Shown here piece by piece: positions 60,685 to 64,000 of a stretch of 64,000 nucleotides of DNA. Numbering within the stretch: position 1 is the stretch's first letter; the number at the start of each line of letters is the position of its first letter. Source of the DNA: Spirochaetia bacterium (GTDB lineage: Bacteria; Spirochaetota; Spirochaetia; UBA9216); NCBI GenBank assembly GCA_963675665.1, contig OY776510.1, positions 3,488,001 through 3,552,000 of the forward strand, given 5' to 3'. Made by a program: the position numbers and the translations under genes. Below the pieces are notes generated by a model, which saw only the letters and a program-made list of their open reading frames with translations, did no database searches and had not been told where the DNA came from.

Positions 60685-61188
60685 ATGTCAGAAATAACCC
60701 TGGAAGGAAAAATAATTCATACTATTGGGAATTTACCGACGGTTGGCGAAGCTGCGCCGGATTTTACTCTTGTTTCTACTGATTTGTCAGAAGTCAGGCT
60801 GAATGACTTTAAAGGGAAAAAACTGATTTTGAATATTTTTCCCAGCCTTGATACATCAGTCTGTGCAACATCAGTAAGAAAATTCAATCAGGAACTCAAT
60901 AATCTTTCGGATACTGAAGTTCTCTGCATATCCGCGGATCTTCCTTTTGCACACAGCCGTTTTTGTGTGAGTGAAGGCCTGGAAAATGTTAAAAACGCTT
61001 CTGTTTTCAGAAATCCGGGTTTCGGTAAAAATTACGGAGTGACAATTACCGACAGTCCGCTGGAAGGGCTTCTTTCGAGAGCAGTTGTAGTTATTGACGG
61101 CAAAGGCAGGATTGTTTATACCGAGCAAGTGCCTGAAATAGCACAGGAACCCGACTATAAATCAGCTTTAGAAGCGGTTAAAAAGTAA
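60685..61188 (+). CDS. tpx: Thiol peroxidase
   Basis: FPSLDTSVC, SADLPFA.SRFC, LLSRAV, EPDY. Confidence 0.96.
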   Translation: MSEITLEGKIIHTIGNLPTVGEAAPDFTLVSTDLSEVRLNDFKGKKLILNIFPSLDTSVCATSVRKFNQELNNLSDTEVLCISADLPFAHSRFCVSEGLENVKNASVFRNPGFGKNYGVTITDSPLEGLLSRAVVVIDGKGRIVYTEQVPEIAQEPDYKSALEAVKK

Positions 61189-61196
61189 AATACGAC

Positions 61197-61233
61197 AAAC
61201 TCTGAAAACTGATTTTTTCAGTTTTCAGAGTTT
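61197..61233. terminator. Bidirectional intrinsic terminator
   Basis: AAACTCTGAAAACTGA/TCAGTTTTCAGAGTTT between convergent tpx and nrdJ. Confidence 0.78.
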
Positions 61234-61265
61234 ACGCTTATGTTTTTTAGAACGTAACCGGTGTT

Positions 61266-63506
61266 TCAGCTGCACCTTGAATAACCGCAGTTAAAACATG
61301 TAATGCAGCCGTCAGCATATGTCAGTTGCTGATTGCACTCCGGGCATATTCCGTCCGATGTTATTACTTCTTCACCGTCATGTATATATTTCTTCAAGAC
61401 ACGGGCAACACTGCGTTCAAAATCTGTAAAGTTTGTATCTTTCTGCAGCTGGGTTATTACAAACTGCAAAGGCGTTCCGTGACGCAGCGCCATTGAGATG
61501 AAACGCGCAAGTGAAGAATTCGGCGAATCGAATTCTTTTGTAAAATTTTTAAGCCTTATTTCTTCTTCACCATTAATAAACACCAGATCATAACGGCCGG
61601 AAGGTTCTTTTCTTACAACAGTACGATGATCAGTTTCAATATCTATCCTTGATTCCGGGTCATCAATAACGAAAAGTTCATAAAGGCTGTTTTTCATTTT
61701 CCCGACAATCACTATGATGCTTTTTCGGCCTGCTTTGACTCTGTGAATATCACACGGCAGTTCTTTCGGCCTTGTAGGCGCATGATGAGTGTGTATTGGC
61801 TCTTCCTTGTCCTTGTTCTGATATTCAAGGATACCTTTCATGCTTCCGTTTGGATTGAATGTGGTAAATCCTTTAAGTCCCCTGTCGTATGCATACATAA
61901 ACAGGTTCTTGTAATCATCAAAACTTGTATCTTCAGGCAAATTCAGTGTTTTGGAAATACTGTGATCAATGTATTTCTGAAAAGAAGCCTGGATATCGAT
62001 TGAGTCGTACGGATCTATATTCTGAGTGGTTACAAAATATTCAGGCGCATCGTCTTTCCCGGTAATCTCACGGTATAATCCGTAAGCATAGTCATGGACT
62101 TCCTCGGTTACTGTTTCATCACCTATACCAGTGCGGATAGTTCTGTTGTACTTCAGGGCAAAAATCGGTTCTATGCCGGATGAACAATTCTGTCCCGCCG
62201 AAAGTGAAGTTGTACCGGTAGGCGCAATTGTATTCATCTGTACATTGCGTATTCCGTTTTTTGATATCAGCAGACGGACCTGTTCAGGAAGCTGTCTGAC
62301 AAATTCAGCAGCTAAATATTTTTCTTTATCAAACTGCTCAAAGGCGCCTTTTTCCGCTGCAATCCCGGCTGATGCAGTATATGATTCGTTTCTTAAAGTC
62401 AGCGCAATTTCTTCAGAGAATTCTTTTGATTCATTTGAACCGTACTTTATACCCAGCATTGTAAACATATCGCCAAGACCGGTTATTCCGAGCCCGATTC
62501 GCCGCCACTGTTTTGAAAACTTTTTTATTTTTTCAATAGGATAATCGGTGACATCAAGTATATTATCCAGAAACCTGATACCGACATTTACCGTGGAAGC
62601 GAATTTTCTAAAATCAAATGAAGCCTCCGGTGTAAAAGGGTTATCCACAAACATGGTTAAATTCACAGCAGAAAGACAGCACAACGAGTAGGGCGGCATA
62701 ACAAGTTCACCGCATGGATTAACCCTGTCCATCTTAAACGCCCAGTACCCGTTGTTGTATCTTTCTACAGTATCTGCGTAGAATATTCCGGGCTCATTAT
62801 GGTTATAGGCATTCCTGGCAAGCAGATCATAAAGATACCTGGCTTTTACCGTTTTATATACTTTGTCTCCAAAAATAAGGTTCCAGTCTTCATCATTTCT
62901 TACAGCTTCAATAAAATTGTCTGTTACCTTTATTGATATATTGAACTGGGTCAGCTCCTTGTTGTCATCGCCTTTTTTTACCGTAATAAAATCTTCAATC
63001 TCTGGATGCGAAATATCGAGCAATGCAATATGCGCCGATCTGCGCTGCCCCCCGGTCATTATTGTTTTCGCTGACTGATCAAAAATCTTCAGAAAAGATA
63101 TTACTCCCGATGATTCGGAACCGCTGGATAGCGGCGCCCCTTTGGGGCGCAGTTTTGAAATATCAAAACCGACTCCGCCGCCCATTTTACTGATGGCGGC
63201 ATCTTCCTTAAGAGATTCATATATTCCTTCCATTGAATCTTCTATATCGATTGTAAAACAGTTATTATAATTCTTCATTCTGCTTTCGGGTCTTGCATTG
63301 GCAAGAATTCTGCCTGCAGGAATCAGTCTTCCGTTTAACAGTTCCTCAAAAAAAAACTCGCTCCACTGTTCCTTTTTTTCTTCAACTGAAGCTGCTTCCT
63401 CCGCTATCAACCGGAAAACCTCCTCGGGACTGTTTTCTCCATGAAGGCAGTATTTGGCTTCAAATATTTCACGGCTTATTTTCTGTTTCCATTTCCATTT
63501 TTGCAT
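61266..63506 (-). CDS. nrdJ: Class II (B12-dependent) ribonucleotide reductase
   Basis: NCF, NPCGE, RRIGLG, TIAPTGT, SISKT, C-terminal CPEC..CFNCGYSRC; no beta subunit nearby. Confidence 0.93.
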   Translation of the reverse strand: MQKWKWKQKISREIFEAKYCLHGENSPEEVFRLIAEEAASVEEKKEQWSEFFFEELLNGRLIPAGRILANARPESRMKNYNNCFTIDIEDSMEGIYESLKEDAAISKMGGGVGFDISKLRPKGAPLSSGSESSGVISFLKIFDQSAKTIMTGGQRRSAHIALLDISHPEIEDFITVKKGDDNKELTQFNISIKVTDNFIEAVRNDEDWNLIFGDKVYKTVKARYLYDLLARNAYNHNEPGIFYADTVERYNNGYWAFKMDRVNPCGELVMPPYSLCCLSAVNLTMFVDNPFTPEASFDFRKFASTVNVGIRFLDNILDVTDYPIEKIKKFSKQWRRIGLGITGLGDMFTMLGIKYGSNESKEFSEEIALTLRNESYTASAGIAAEKGAFEQFDKEKYLAAEFVRQLPEQVRLLISKNGIRNVQMNTIAPTGTTSLSAGQNCSSGIEPIFALKYNRTIRTGIGDETVTEEVHDYAYGLYREITGKDDAPEYFVTTQNIDPYDSIDIQASFQKYIDHSISKTLNLPEDTSFDDYKNLFMYAYDRGLKGFTTFNPNGSMKGILEYQNKDKEEPIHTHHAPTRPKELPCDIHRVKAGRKSIIVIVGKMKNSLYELFVIDDPESRIDIETDHRTVVRKEPSGRYDLVFINGEEEIRLKNFTKEFDSPNSSLARFISMALRHGTPLQFVITQLQKDTNFTDFERSVARVLKKYIHDGEEVITSDGICPECNQQLTYADGCITCFNCGYSRCS

Positions 63507-63517
63507 CGATCCTCCCA

Positions 63518-63533
63518 ACACTATATATAGCGC
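63518..63533. promoter_or_regulatory. NrdR box
   Basis: ACACTATATATAGCGC matches the acaCwAtATaTwGwg consensus just upstream of the nrdJ RBS. Confidence 0.75.
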
Positions 63534-63596
63534 ATTTTACAATAATTTTATGGTTTGACCACTATATAACATATCGGTTGTCATGTTAATACAATA

Positions 63597-64000
63597 TTAG
63601 CTTTTTTTTATATAATGGGAAAATTTCTCAGTCAGCCATTTGAAAAGAAACACCGGGGCAAAGAATACAAGAACCAATCCTGCAACAGAAGCAACGGCGT
63701 TATCCATACCGAAAAGCGAAAGTGAAAATGACGGGAAGGGGTTATCATCTATCAGATAAGTCCATGTGCTTCCGTTTTTCCGTTTTTCGGCTTCAGAGAA
63801 CGCAGCATCAAGTCCTGATTGTTTTATATGGAAAACAGTCTTCTCAACAGCTTTATTGAAACCTTCTGAATAGTAAACCTGGGCATCACGAATATACTCG
63901 ATAAGCGGCTCCTTTTTCCCCAGTCTTCTTAGATGAATGCCTTCCCGCAGGATTTCAATCCAGTCAAGAAATTCTGTCCAGAATTCATCCAGGTAAAATG
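63597..64000 (-). CDS. C-terminus of an accessory SecA2-like translocase (truncated by window)
   Basis: LDEFWTEFL..IEILREGIHLRRLGKKEPLIEY...STWTYLIDDNPF. Confidence 0.75.
   Translation of the reverse strand, partial: FYLDEFWTEFLDWIEILREGIHLRRLGKKEPLIEYIRDAQVYYSEGFNKAVEKTVFHIKQSGLDAAFSEAEKRKNGSTWTYLIDDNPFPSFSLSLFGMDNAVASVAGLVLVFFAPVFLFKWLTEKFSHYIKKS

Overview
AT-rich bacterial chromosome segment, probably from a spirochaete (inferred from gene order and protein style, not from a search). Positions 1-23 kb and 55-64 kb are housekeeping: lepB x2, hemW, glyA, cobB, an osmoprotectant ABC transporter, yebC-ruvC-ruvA-ruvB-queA, trkAH, nadE, mrfAB-like genes, tpx, nrdJ and the end of a secA2-like gene. 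The centre (23.2-45.6 kb) is an integron-like platform: a tyrosine recombinase followed, in the same orientation, by about 17 gene cassettes separated by attC-like sites (..TAAC ... GTTA..). The recombinase lacks the IntI-specific I2 insertion and has an extra N-terminal domain. The intact sites lack the classical extrahelical base. Most cassettes have 15-25 bp terminal inverted repeats with a fixed mismatch at position +11, and the ORFs are bracketed by covarying hairpins that show GGA loops (CsrA-consensus-like) on the antisense strand. Cargo includes candidate defence genes, an Rhs toxin module and six toxin-antitoxin modules or remnants. The distal array is decaying (IS3, IS481 remnant, IS66, chimeric or deleted sites). 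Separately, an unannotated 64-codon ORF with an in-frame UGA and a SECIS-like hairpin (candidate membrane selenoprotein) lies divergent from tpx. All calls were made by eye; no database searches or folding programs were run.
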